The notes below the pieces were generated by a model. The model searched no databases, had not been told where the DNA came from, and worked only from the letters and a program-made list of their open reading frames with translations. Below are positions 18,028-26,496 of a stretch of DNA of 29,395 nt, one piece after another (the first letter of the stretch is position 1; each line of letters starts with the position of its first letter). The position numbers and the translations under genes were made by a program. The stretch is taken from the IMG/VR virus record IMGVR_UViG_3300033076_000666, positions 1 to 29,395 of that record, one strand, 5' to 3'. The stretch comes from a virus. Its lineage: Duplodnaviria > Caudoviricetes.

Positions 18028-20191
18028 CGCCGGCCCTCAACGACTGCTCGTATTGTTCCCGCGCGAAGTCCTGCTCGGCGCTGCGGGCCTGCGCCTCGAA
18101 TGCGCGGCCCTCGCGGTCGGCCTCGATTTGCTCGGCTTGCGCAACCTGGGCCATCTGCGTGCGCTGGACTTCGGCTTGCGCCTCGATCTGGCGGATCTGC
18201 AGGTCGATTTGCTTGATCTGGGCGTCGATCTGCTTGATCTGCATTTCGGCCTGCAGCTTCTGCATTTCCATGGCGCCGCGCCGCTCTTCCATTTGCGCCT
18301 CGTGCGTCATTTTCTGCTGCTCGATCTGCATGTCGAATTGCATGCGCTGCGCTTCCTGTTCGGCCTTGATCTGCTCGGGATTCGGCTGCGGCTGCGGCGC
18401 CGGCATCTTGTCGATTGCGTCCTGCACCTCGCGCGAAAGCCGCGACCGCTTGGCCCATGACTGCAGGATAGCCTTCATGACATCGAACGGCATCGGCACG
18501 GACATGATCCGGCCAATAGCGTCCATGCCGGCCGCGAACGCCTGTTGATCTTCCGCGAGTTGGTTCTGAATTGTGCTATCGGTTTCGATATCGACGCGGT
18601 ACGAGCGCAGTGCATCGTCCTTCATGACCTGAAGCACTTCCTCCCAAGCGGGCGGAATGTCGGGCTGCGGCGGGGGTTGCTGTCCGGTTTGCTGGGCCTG
18701 CATGACGGCCTGCTGCCAGGCCATGACGGCTTGCTGCTTCTGCGCCATTGTCGGCAGTTGAACGCCGGTCATGAGTTGCAACGTTTCCGGCGCAAAGTGC
18801 TCGCTGATTACTTCGGCCTTGAGGCGCATCAGGTCGCGTATGTACCGCTGTACGTCGCGCTGCATGCGCTGCAGGCGCAGGGTTCCCCATTGGCTCTTGA
18901 GTTGCTGCGCCGTGGCGGTTTCCTGCGCATTGCTGGCGCCGCGAAGCACGTCCGAAAGGCCGGTGATTTCGTAGATCGTCTGTTTCAGAGCCTCGCGTTG
19001 CGCGATGAGTTCGCGCGCCACGTTGACAAGCTGTTCGACCGGCGTAAACCAAATGAACTTGTCCAGCCCGCCCTTCTCGGCAAACGCAATGGCGTTGTCG
19101 AGCGGAATCAGCTCGTTGTCGTTGCCCTTGAGCAGGTTCGAGAATTCGTCGCCGAGTTGCGAGGCGTAGCCGCCGCGCGCCCGGATCGCGCCGACAATCT
19201 TCTCGATCCGCAGCGTGATCTTGTCCAGTTCCTTGGCCTGCGTCTCGTACAGGCTATAGAGCGTGATCGGCACCAGGCTGTCGGACTGCTCGACGGCGTA
19301 CATCGGCTTGGGGATCGGGAAGAATCCGACAAGCCGCAGCGGGTCGTCGTCTTCCTTCAGCGGCGAATTCGGGTAGTTCTGGTTGATCCAGATCACCCGC
19401 CGCTCGTCCTTGTCCCATATTTCCCAGCATGTCGCCCGCTTGAATACGGTCGGGTCAAGCTGATCCGGGAGCTTTTCGCCGAGCTCGACTTCCTCCAGCG
19501 GCATGGCTTCCGCCATCGCTGCGCCGAACTTCTCGATGCACTGGTCTTTTGTCAGCCGGTGCTTGAATGCGACCCATGTCACCTCGTCCCAGCAGCGGCC
19601 GGGTCCGTGGCGGAAATCATCCCATTGCACATGATCGACCGGGCAACGCTCCCAGACGACTTCCTCGCCGTAGCCCTCTTGCGCGCTGTGCGCCGGTTCT
19701 TCAGCCCGCTCGTCGTGTTCGGTAGCGCCTGGCCCCTGCGTCTGCGCAATCGAGGGCACGTAGCGCACGCGATCGACGGCGCGCCCGGCCAGCAGCATGT
19801 CAAGCACGGATGCCGGGAACTTGCTGTCGAAGTCCTCGTCGTCCAGCGAAAACGCCAGCCCGCGCTCCATTACCTCGCTTACATAGCGGGCAATCGGGTC
19901 CGGGTCTTTGAAGCGCCTGCGAACGTCTGGGTTCGGCATGCTGTTGTACAGCGCGGGCCGAAGGGTTTCGGTGTTGCTCCACAGGATGTTGAAGCCAGAC
20001 GCGGCCTTGCCGGTCTTGATATCGATGTCGCCACCGTATCGCTTGATGGCGTGGCGAGCGCGTTCGCGCCACATCCTCTCCCGCTCGTCGGCAAGGCGAA
20101 GTTCGACGATCCACCGCGCGACCGTGCCGCGTGGCGGTTTGCCGGCGTCCTCCTTGCTCTCGAAGGCGCCGGACAGGTTGTCGCCGTTCAT
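18020..20191 (-). CDS. Portal protein, P22-like, with a long C-terminal helical extension
   Basis: ATGA coupling at 20191; FNILWSNTETLRPALY, IYEITGLSDVLRG, ETATAQQLK, YRVDIETDST; Q/E-rich C-terminal helix. Confidence 0.92.
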   Translation of the reverse strand: MNGDNLSGAFESKEDAGKPPRGTVARWIVELRLADERERMWRERARHAIKRYGGDIDIKTGKAASGFNILWSNTETLRPALYNSMPNPDVRRRFKDPDPIARYVSEVMERGLAFSLDDEDFDSKFPASVLDMLLAGRAVDRVRYVPSIAQTQGPGATEHDERAEEPAHSAQEGYGEEVVWERCPVDHVQWDDFRHGPGRCWDEVTWVAFKHRLTKDQCIEKFGAAMAEAMPLEEVELGEKLPDQLDPTVFKRATCWEIWDKDERRVIWINQNYPNSPLKEDDDPLRLVGFFPIPKPMYAVEQSDSLVPITLYSLYETQAKELDKITLRIEKIVGAIRARGGYASQLGDEFSNLLKGNDNELIPLDNAIAFAEKGGLDKFIWFTPVEQLVNVARELIAQREALKQTIYEITGLSDVLRGASNAQETATAQQLKSQWGTLRLQRMQRDVQRYIRDLMRLKAEVISEHFAPETLQLMTGVQLPTMAQKQQAVMAWQQAVMQAQQTGQQPPPQPDIPPAWEEVLQVMKDDALRSYRVDIETDSTIQNQLAEDQQAFAAGMDAIGRIMSVPMPFDVMKAILQSWAKRSRLSREVQDAIDKMPAPQPQPNPEQIKAEQEAQRMQFDMQIEQQKMTHEAQMEERRGAMEMQKLQAEMQIKQIDAQIKQIDLQIRQIEAQAEVQRTQMAQVAQAEQIEADREGRAFEAQARSAEQDFAREQYEQSLRAGDE

Positions 20192-20436
20192 GCAGCGCCT
20201 CGCGCCTTGGCGCACTCTGCTGCGCCACCCTTGCTGACAAACCAGATGGCCTTTTCCATCAGCGCGCCGTCGCTCATCGGGGTTCCCTTGACCACCTCGA
20301 CGCGCACATCAAGGCGTGCAAGGAATTCCGTGATGACGGGAAGCCAAGCGTTTTTCACGCCGTACTTTTTCGGCACCGACAGCGCAATCTGCGCGTATCG
20401 GCTAGCCGGTAGCGCGTCCGCGAGCGTGGTCATCAT
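20188..20436 (-). CDS. 82-aa hypothetical protein
   Basis: ATGA overlaps on both sides. Confidence 0.6.
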   Translation of the reverse strand: MMTTLADALPASRYAQIALSVPKKYGVKNAWLPVITEFLARLDVRVEVVKGTPMSDGALMEKAIWFVSKGGAAECAKARGAA

Positions 20437-20672
20437 GCAAGCCCAACCATCAGCGTTGCCGTGGTTCCGGTCGAGAGCACGCGATCGATCTCAAGCGGCA
20501 GGATCATGCCTGCCGGTACGGCCTGGAATGTCACGCTCGCGCCGCTCGCCTTGACGCGGACGGCCACGTTTCCGGTTCCGCCGACATACAGCCCGGTATA
20601 GACCACGGCGGTACTGTCGCCCGGTGTCACGGCCGTTGCGACCGTGTAATTCGTCATGTAAAGCTGGCTCAT
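20433..20672 (-). CDS. Head spike base protein (RcGTA Rcc01079-like)
   Basis: 79 aa; AVTPGDS..GLYVGGTGNVAV..VPAGMILPLEIDRVLSTGTTAT matches the recalled pattern of this family. Confidence 0.8.
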   Translation of the reverse strand: MSQLYMTNYTVATAVTPGDSTAVVYTGLYVGGTGNVAVRVKASGASVTFQAVPAGMILPLEIDRVLSTGTTATLMVGLA

Positions 20673-21899
20673 TTATCGCCCCTTGCCGCGTCGGCGTTGC
20701 TGGTTTTTCCACCACGGCTGCCATGTAGCGGGCGCATTCGCCACGCTCCATGTGACCGTGTAATCGGAGGTGTTCGCATTGGCTGCGGCATCGCTGCACC
20801 GCACGTAGCGCGTGTAGTTGCTGCCGTTGGTCAAGCCGCCGACCGTCGTGCTGTGCGAGGTGCCGCCGGTCGTCGTGAAGGTCGAAACCATCGCGCCGTA
20901 GGCCGTGCCGGCCAGCGTGTCGAACTTGCACGTGGCAGACTCGTTGGTGACGACCGACATGGAAACGGACGTGGTGTTGTAGGCGATCGAGCCGCTCGGA
21001 TAGCCAGCCGATACGGTCGGTGGCGTGGCATCCGCGCCGCCGCTCGGGTCGCTCATGTACGTGGTCGAAACATCGGTCCACGTGTCGGTGAGAATCCAGC
21101 GATCGACCTTGCGCGTGTGAGCCGGGGCGTTGTAGCCGGGCTGACTGATCGTGCCCATCGCCATCATTGACGTGATCGTGGCGCCGGCATTCATCGTGGT
21201 CTGCGTGATGTCGTGCGTCTTGGTGCCGTTCACCCACATCTCGATGCGCCCGGTTGCCGTCGATTGCATCGTGATGCCGATCACGACCGCATACCAGCGT
21301 CCATAGTCGGCGTAGTACGGCCAGTTCGCGTTGTACGGTGACGCGTTCGGCACCTTGTGGTCCGGCCCGCCGCCACTGGTCTCGCAGTCGGTCACGGCAG
21401 AGGCGGCGCACCACACGTCCCAGATGAACTTGCCAGCCTGATAGTTCGGGTAGTTGCCGTTGGCATAGCCGGCACCGATGCCCCAGCGCAAGCCGGTGCC
21501 GCGAAACTCCAGCAGCTTGTCGAAGCTGTTCGTGGTCTGGTAGACGTCGGTCGCGGTGTCCTTGTCGATGCGCACGAACGCCGCCATGTACCACGTCTGA
21601 CCGGCACTCATGGAGGTTGTGCCGAGTTGCAGCACTTCGATCAAGTTGTCGTGCTGGCTGGCGCCGTTGTTCCACTCGACGAACTTGCTGCCACCACCGG
21701 TCGGGCCGCCGGTACAGCGCACGGTCGGCAGCGGGTTGATGGCGTTCTCGAAATAGATATCCCACAGCTTGCCATCGACGGCTGACACCGCATCGGTCAG
21801 CGTGCCGTTACAGGTTTCGCTCTCGAAATTGGCGAGATAGATCACCGTCGCCTGCGCGTTGAACGACAGCGCGGCGAGCAGGGCCAGCAGGTAGCGCAT
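20673..21899 (-). CDS. 408-aa protein: Sec-type signal peptide, lectin/polysaccharide-lyase-like jelly roll, FN3/Ig-like domain
   Basis: MRYLLALLAALSFNAQA signal; GRWYAVVIGI...GRIEMWVNG; DATPPTVS...GLTNGSNYTRYVRCSD; basic aromatic tail; TGATG coupling to terL. Confidence 0.7.
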   Translation of the reverse strand: MRYLLALLAALSFNAQATVIYLANFESETCNGTLTDAVSAVDGKLWDIYFENAINPLPTVRCTGGPTGGGSKFVEWNNGASQHDNLIEVLQLGTTSMSAGQTWYMAAFVRIDKDTATDVYQTTNSFDKLLEFRGTGLRWGIGAGYANGNYPNYQAGKFIWDVWCAASAVTDCETSGGGPDHKVPNASPYNANWPYYADYGRWYAVVIGITMQSTATGRIEMWVNGTKTHDITQTTMNAGATITSMMAMGTISQPGYNAPAHTRKVDRWILTDTWTDVSTTYMSDPSGGADATPPTVSAGYPSGSIAYNTTSVSMSVVTNESATCKFDTLAGTAYGAMVSTFTTTGGTSHSTTVGGLTNGSNYTRYVRCSDAAANANTSDYTVTWSVANAPATWQPWWKNQQRRRGKGR

Positions 21900-23374
21900 C
21901 AGTCTTCTCTCTGTCTGCTGCGCTTGGCAGCCTTTAGCAAATCATCGAACGTGTACGGCGCCGTCATGGACTGCGGCGTGGCCGGCGTCTCGCGCACCCA
22001 CGGCCGCGACATGCAGGCATAGCGCCAGTCGTCTGCCGCGTGGTCCTCGGCGTCGGTGTTCAGGTCTTCCAGCCGGTCCGGGTCGTGTTGCAGGATTGGA
22101 ATCGTGCGAATCGAGTCTTCGCAGGTCGAAAAGCACACCAGCATCGGGCGCTGCTCGCCGTCACCGATCAGCCGGCCACGCATCTGGTCCCAGCCGCCCA
22201 GCGCACCGCGTTGCGGCACCCGGGCGTTATCGGCGCGGCGGAATACCACGCGCTTGCCGCTGCCGTTGTATATCCGCTCGAAAATGCTTGGCCCGCCGTC
22301 GCTGGAAAACGCGGCCGGGTCCAGCACGCCCATGTTGATTTCAGGATCGCCGCGCTCCATGCGCGCCAGTTCCGCGCCGACTTCCTCGGCGGGCATCTTC
22401 AAGCCGGTGTTGTATTGCTTGACGCCCTGCGCGTCCTTGGCGCAGCCGTACCATTCCCGGTATCGCACGAGGCATCCGCGCGGCAGGATCAGTCCTTCCT
22501 CGGTCTTGTAGTCGTCGCTGACGACCGCCCACCATCCGAAGCTGAACGGCCGCGCGCTGCCCCAGTCGCCGCTGCGGAAGCGCATCCAGTGATCCGGTAC
22601 GGCAAACGGCCGCACGGTGTTGCGCTCGTTGCGCCAGCAGTCGAAGAACGCGCCGGCCACGATGTTCCAATCGCCTTCGAGCCAAGCTTTGCGCAACGCC
22701 TCGTTGCCGCCTGTCGCCGCGAGGATGCGCGAGCGATAGGCCGGGTCGTTTGCCAGCAGCAGCGCATTGTCCGAGAGCCGCGACGGCACGAACATGCGCG
22801 TGAATCCGCTGTCCGGATCGACATACGGCACCATGGGCTTGCGGCCCTCGATGTACCGCTGCTTGACCCAGCCGTGACCGATGCCGCCCGGGTTGCCGGT
22901 CAGGCGCACGGTGCAGGGCACACCCTTGGCGCTGCGCAGCGTCGAGAGCATGCGCAGCAAGCCGGCAGGCGTCGCGTATTCCGTTACTTCGTCGAAGCTG
23001 ATGCCGGTGTATTGGTGGCCGTGGTAGCGGCCGTAGTCGCGCTCATGCTCGATGTAGCGCATCTTGACGGCCGCGCCGTTGGGCCAGTACCAGCAATTGC
23101 TGTACGGCGCGCTCGCACTCGGCTGGCTCTTGAACACAGCGCCGGAACCAGGGAATACTTCCATGGCCCGGCCCTGTAGCTCTTCCAGTTCGGCGTAGGT
23201 TTTGCGGAACATGATCCCGCGCCAGCCCTCGCCATAGCGGAGGGCGCCGTCTTCCTGGTAGCCCAACTGAAAGTCTGATTTGCCGCCCCCGCGCTCGCCG
23301 CCGTAGAAAAGCTCGGCGCACCAGTCGGCAAGAAGCGCGCTACTCTGCGGACCCGGCTGCGGTTCCCATGCCAT
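21899..23374 (-). CDS. terL: Terminase large subunit
   Basis: PQPGPQ, Walker A GGERGGGKS, Walker B ISFDE, TGNPGG coupling motif, nuclease DWG and EDHAADDWRY. Confidence 0.96.
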   Translation of the reverse strand: MAWEPQPGPQSSALLADWCAELFYGGERGGGKSDFQLGYQEDGALRYGEGWRGIMFRKTYAELEELQGRAMEVFPGSGAVFKSQPSASAPYSNCWYWPNGAAVKMRYIEHERDYGRYHGHQYTGISFDEVTEYATPAGLLRMLSTLRSAKGVPCTVRLTGNPGGIGHGWVKQRYIEGRKPMVPYVDPDSGFTRMFVPSRLSDNALLLANDPAYRSRILAATGGNEALRKAWLEGDWNIVAGAFFDCWRNERNTVRPFAVPDHWMRFRSGDWGSARPFSFGWWAVVSDDYKTEEGLILPRGCLVRYREWYGCAKDAQGVKQYNTGLKMPAEEVGAELARMERGDPEINMGVLDPAAFSSDGGPSIFERIYNGSGKRVVFRRADNARVPQRGALGGWDQMRGRLIGDGEQRPMLVCFSTCEDSIRTIPILQHDPDRLEDLNTDAEDHAADDWRYACMSRPWVRETPATPQSMTAPYTFDDLLKAAKRSRQRED

Positions 23375-23720
23375 GCAGGGCCAGCCATTCCTCTTTGGTC
23401 ACTTGCGGACGTTCCACCACCTCGACCGGACCACCGTCTGGTCCGGAGATTTCCGTAGATTGAACCGCCTTGCCGTCGAGACGGTCGCCAATCTCGCGCA
23501 TGGCGTTGATGTCGCCGCCGCGTGCCATCTCGACCAGCTTGTCGGCAATATCGCGCAAGACCTGCCCGGGCTGGTCGCCCTCCTGCCCCTGGATCACCGC
23601 ACGCCGGATGGCGTTGCGCCACATGCGGTTATCGAGCGACGAATGCTTGTTGCCGATGTTGGAGCCCTTCGGCGCACCCCGGCCGCGCTTGGCCGGCTTG
23701 TCTGTAGGCGCGTCATCCAT
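23340..23720 (-). CDS. Probable terminase small subunit
   Basis: GAPKGSNIGNK N-terminus, helical core AMREIGDRLDGK, EISGPDGGPV tail; overlaps the terL start. Confidence 0.75.
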   Translation of the reverse strand: MDDAPTDKPAKRGRGAPKGSNIGNKHSSLDNRMWRNAIRRAVIQGQEGDQPGQVLRDIADKLVEMARGGDINAMREIGDRLDGKAVQSTEISGPDGGPVEVVERPQVTKEEWLALHGMGTAAGSAE

Positions 23721-23931
23721 AGCGATACGACCGCCGGTCCTTCATGCTGTAATACAGCACTACGCGTTCACAATTGCCGGCGATAGGCCCGGCGTATCGG
23801 GCAAGCTCAGAACCGCCGGTGGGAGGAAGCCCAAGCGAGCACTTTGCCACCTCCCCCATGTGCCATATCTTTGCCGTTGCTTTTCTTGTCAACTCATCAA
23901 TAAGCGCGGCGGTTTCTGCCATTTCTTCCAT
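23713..23931 (-). CDS. 72-aa hypothetical protein
   Basis: GAGG RBS; overlaps the start of the next gene. Confidence 0.55.
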   Translation of the reverse strand: MEEMAETAALIDELTRKATAKIWHMGEVAKCSLGLPPTGGSELARYAGPIAGNCERVVLYYSMKDRRSYRYG

Positions 23932-23962
23932 TGATCTGCCTCACAGGTGGCCTGACGGTCCG

Positions 23963-24163
23963 TTAGAGGGTTGCGACTGCGGCCTTCAGGGCCAGACGAG
24001 CGGCGGCAGCGATGTCGCGCTGCGCCTGGATTTGTGCCGTGATGTCGGCAACGGACTGTTGCGCCCGCGCCTTGTCGTTCTGCAGCCCGTCGATACGCGT
24101 TTCCGCCGCTTCGAGCGCGTTTGCGGCCTCGATCACGGCGGACAGTTCGGCTGACAGGGGCAT
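23963..24163 (-). CDS. 66-aa coiled-coil protein, first late gene
   Basis: GGAG RBS, ATG 24163, directly after the leader terminator; continuous heptad pattern. Confidence 0.75.
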   Translation of the reverse strand: MPLSAELSAVIEAANALEAAETRIDGLQNDKARAQQSVADITAQIQAQRDIAAAARLALKAAVATL

Positions 24164-24174
24164 GCGGACTCCGG

Positions 24175-24202
24175 AAAAGCAAAAACCCGCCGGAGCGGGT
24201 TT
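24175..24202 (-). terminator. tR'-like late leader terminator
   Basis: AAACCCGC-TCCG-GCGGGTTT followed by TTGCTTTT. Confidence 0.85.
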
Positions 24203-24266
24203 ACGTTTGTTACGGGCGAGCACGGGCAAAGCCATGCTCGCGCTGCGGTGTTATTCTTCTGCCGCC

Positions 24267-24295
24267 CTTTTAATGCATATCTAGGGGGTTGTCAA
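24267..24295 (-). promoter_or_regulatory. Candidate late promoter (pR'-like)
   Basis: Perfect TTGACA (24295-24290) overlapping the Q stop; 17 bp to an imperfect -10 TAAAAG; expected position after Q. Confidence 0.6.
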
Positions 24296-24792
24296 TCGCC
24301 CGGCACTAGATATTGGGATGTACGTTTCCACACCCCGCCGAGCGCCACGGCCTCCAGCCGATCAATTTCCGAACAGATGTCGGGTAAAAACCTTGAGTTG
24401 AACGACCGCAGCCCGCTGCCGCCGCAAAGCATGCACGGCCGATCCGAAAGCATCGGCGTTCCAGGCTCCGTCTCGTACTTCCGGCCAAGGCAGGCCGGGC
24501 AAACCGGGCAAAGCACGAAATCCAGCGCGGCCTTGGCCTCCCGGCGTTTGTCCTGCACGCGCCAGTTAAATCGATTTGATAGCCGCCACACAAGCCGCTC
24601 CACTTCGTTCAAAGCGGTTTCGTAATCCGCCGCTCGAAGCCCGTAGTGCAGGCGCAGCAATGCCGACGCCACGCGCGAGTGGATGCCGACGTGCCCGAGC
24701 GCAATAAGGTAATCCACGTCCTTCAGGACAAGCGGAGACGCACCAAGATCGGACGAATTGAATGCTGCTGCCAGGCGTTCCGCTGCGCTCAT
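24292..24792 (-). CDS. Late antiterminator, lambda Q-like zinc-finger protein (166 aa)
   Basis: CPACLGRK...CMLCGGSG zinc finger; last gene before the promoter/terminator leader; ATGA coupling. Confidence 0.8.
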   Translation of the reverse strand: MSAAERLAAAFNSSDLGASPLVLKDVDYLIALGHVGIHSRVASALLRLHYGLRAADYETALNEVERLVWRLSNRFNWRVQDKRREAKAALDFVLCPVCPACLGRKYETEPGTPMLSDRPCMLCGGSGLRSFNSRFLPDICSEIDRLEAVALGGVWKRTSQYLVPGD

Positions 24793-25001
24793 TCGCCTTC
24801 GCTCCCAATAAAATCGATCGGCGACGGCTCCCGGTAGCCGTGCGGAATGTGCCAGGCGCAGCCACGGACATCCACGCAAGCGGGCGCCTCCATCCACGCC
24901 TGCTGCGGATGGCTCGATGGCTCTCGCCTGCGGCAGTGATCGCACCAGATGGCATCGGCGCCGTGGCAGCGGGCGATGTCGGCGGATAGCTCAGAATCCA
25001 T
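24789..25001 (-). CDS. 70-aa Cys-rich hypothetical protein
   Basis: GAGG RBS; DIARCHG...CDHCRRR...C pattern. Confidence 0.7.
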   Translation of the reverse strand: MDSELSADIARCHGADAIWCDHCRRREPSSHPQQAWMEAPACVDVRGCAWHIPHGYREPSPIDFIGSEGE

Positions 25002-25701
25002 GCCTCACCTCAATCAGAACGGGGCGCCCGCTCACAACCGGCAGGAGATCCCCGTCATTGCTGATCTCCATCGTTTTCACCGCGACCGTCGTCCAGCCGC
25101 GCGACAAGCCGATCCCGTAGATCGGCGTCAGCTTCCATCGCCGGCCGTTGCTTACCTCTAGCAGCCGCGCATCGCCCCATCGGAGGAGGGTGTCGTCAGT
25201 CGCCGGGCGCCAGTCATACACCTTGACCTTGTTGCTTACGCCATAGTAGCCGGCGCCGACTTCGGCCTGCAGGAACCAGCCCCGGCCGATGTGCCACTCC
25301 GGAAGGACTGTGGCATAGAGTCCGTAGCCGTCGCCGCGCGTCCGAAACTTGCTCGCGGGCCATCCCACATCGTTGCCCTTGCGGTACTCGGCATAGGCCC
25401 GATCGCTGCTAAGGCACCGGCAGGTGCTGCCGTATCGGCCCAGGTACTGCACGCCGGCTCGCCATCGCCATCCGAACAGGTCGCCGGTCAGGCCAATCGA
25501 CAGGTTGGCGGCCCTGTCCTCGATGCTATATGGGCCGTAGTCCTGCTGATGCCACACACCATCACCGTGGTGGCCGAAGAACGTCACGCCGGCGCCGAGT
25601 TCGATCTTGGTGTCGGCGCGGGCCGGAATCGCAGGCGACAGCAGGATGCCTATCGCCACGCCCAAGGCAAGTCCACGAACGAAATCCGTAATTTGTTTCA
25701 T
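24991..25701 (-). CDS. Outer-membrane beta-barrel protein (236 aa)
   Basis: GGAGG RBS; signal peptide ending A-R-A; alternating amphipathic strands rich in G/Y/W; terminal Phe (IEVRHGF). Confidence 0.78.
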   Translation of the reverse strand: MKQITDFVRGLALGVAIGILLSPAIPARADTKIELGAGVTFFGHHGDGVWHQQDYGPYSIEDRAANLSIGLTGDLFGWRWRAGVQYLGRYGSTCRCLSSDRAYAEYRKGNDVGWPASKFRTRGDGYGLYATVLPEWHIGRGWFLQAEVGAGYYGVSNKVKVYDWRPATDDTLLRWGDARLLEVSNGRRWKLTPIYGIGLSRGWTTVAVKTMEISNDGDLLPVVSGRPVLIEVRHGF

Positions 25702-25759
25702 TTCGTATCCTCCACTGTTTCCGCCCAAACCGCCGGGCGCACGCCCGCGCTTTTGCGGT

Positions 25760-26173
25760 CTATCCTACGTTAGGCAGCAATGCGTTCCATGCCGCGATCA
25801 GCGCCGGTTCCACAAACGCCAGCCCATCAGGCACCCGCTCAGGGCTCATGCTGTACGCCGTCAGTTTCCACCAGACGCCACCGGCTTCCCCGCATACCTC
25901 AACCTCGGCGCTGCTATGGCGCTTTCCGTCAAGGGTGAAGGCGTGCGGGTTCACCACAATCTGCATCCCCGGCTTGTCGTTGTATTCGCACGTTCTGGCA
26001 GGCAGTTCGCTGCGCCGGTAGGCGTACCAGTCGCACTCGTTATCTCTGTGCCCAAGTGTGTTCTTGGCAATCCTGAACCCGTTGGCTTCGAGCCACTCGC
26101 GCAACTCCGGCTCTCCGCACCAGGGCCTAACTGGTACATCGACCGGACCTTGCGCCATAACCGTCGTTTTCAT
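25760..26173 (-). CDS. 137-aa hypothetical protein (start uncertain)
   Basis: Open frame with globular composition; GGAG upstream of ATG 26173. Confidence 0.7.
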   Translation of the reverse strand: MKTTVMAQGPVDVPVRPWCGEPELREWLEANGFRIAKNTLGHRDNECDWYAYRRSELPARTCEYNDKPGMQIVVNPHAFTLDGKRHSSAEVEVCGEAGGVWWKLTAYSMSPERVPDGLAFVEPALIAAWNALLPNVG

Positions 26174-26230
26174 GTTTTCAGTCTTTCTCCGGCGCAAGGC
26201 CGGTCATGTTGGCGTTCATCGTTGCCCCGC

Positions 26231-26326
26231 TCAAAGCACAAACCCGCCCCGAACCCGTCGAATATACCGCCGCGCAACCAGCCGATTGAGCGCATGCCGC
26301 ACCGAACAGTATGTGCGGTCATGCAT
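26231..26326 (-). CDS. 31-aa ORF resembling the C-terminal half of a winged helix; possible gene fragment
   Basis: TGATG coupling; MHDRTYCSVRHALNRLVARRYIRRVRGGFVL. Confidence 0.4.
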   Translation of the reverse strand: MHDRTYCSVRHALNRLVARRYIRRVRGGFVL

Positions 26327-26496
26327 CACATCCGCCTCGTCTTGATCCCCCAAATCACCGGGTTAAGTTGCCGGATCTGGTCCATCATCGACTTCGGCTC
26401 TTTCGGCAAGTAGCCGTTTTCCGTCTTGTTCCGCCTCGTCTTGATTCCCCAAATCGCCGGGTTAAGCTGCCGGATCTGGTCCACCATCGATATCAT
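26326..26496 (-). CDS. 56-aa protein made of two near-identical 20-aa repeats
   Basis: GGAGG RBS, ATGA coupling; SMVDQIRQLNPAIWGIKTRR and SMMDQIRQLNPVIWGIKTRR. Confidence 0.6.
   Translation of the reverse strand: MISMVDQIRQLNPAIWGIKTRRNKTENGYLPKEPKSMMDQIRQLNPVIWGIKTRRM
26331..26490. repeat. 61-bp direct repeat pair (26331-26391 and 26430-26490), 4 mismatches, 99-bp period
   Basis: Direct alignment; all four differences are transitions. Confidence 0.95.

Noticed and set aside
18545-20554. 669-aa plus-strand ORF (likewise 3341-5008, 11614-13311 and 22040-23179)
   Set aside because: Antisense shadows of the portal, ejection, capsid and terminase genes, expected from high-GC codon bias; no recognisable motifs
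24200-24290. Possible tRNA gene after Q, a common location in lambdoid phages
   Set aside because: Simple hairpins only; no cloverleaf, T-loop GTTCRA or CCA end
26331-26490. Repeat pair as a DGR template/variable repeat or mini-CRISPR
   Set aside because: Mismatches are not confined to adenines of one copy; no reverse transcriptase or cas gene in the window; only two long, non-palindromic copies
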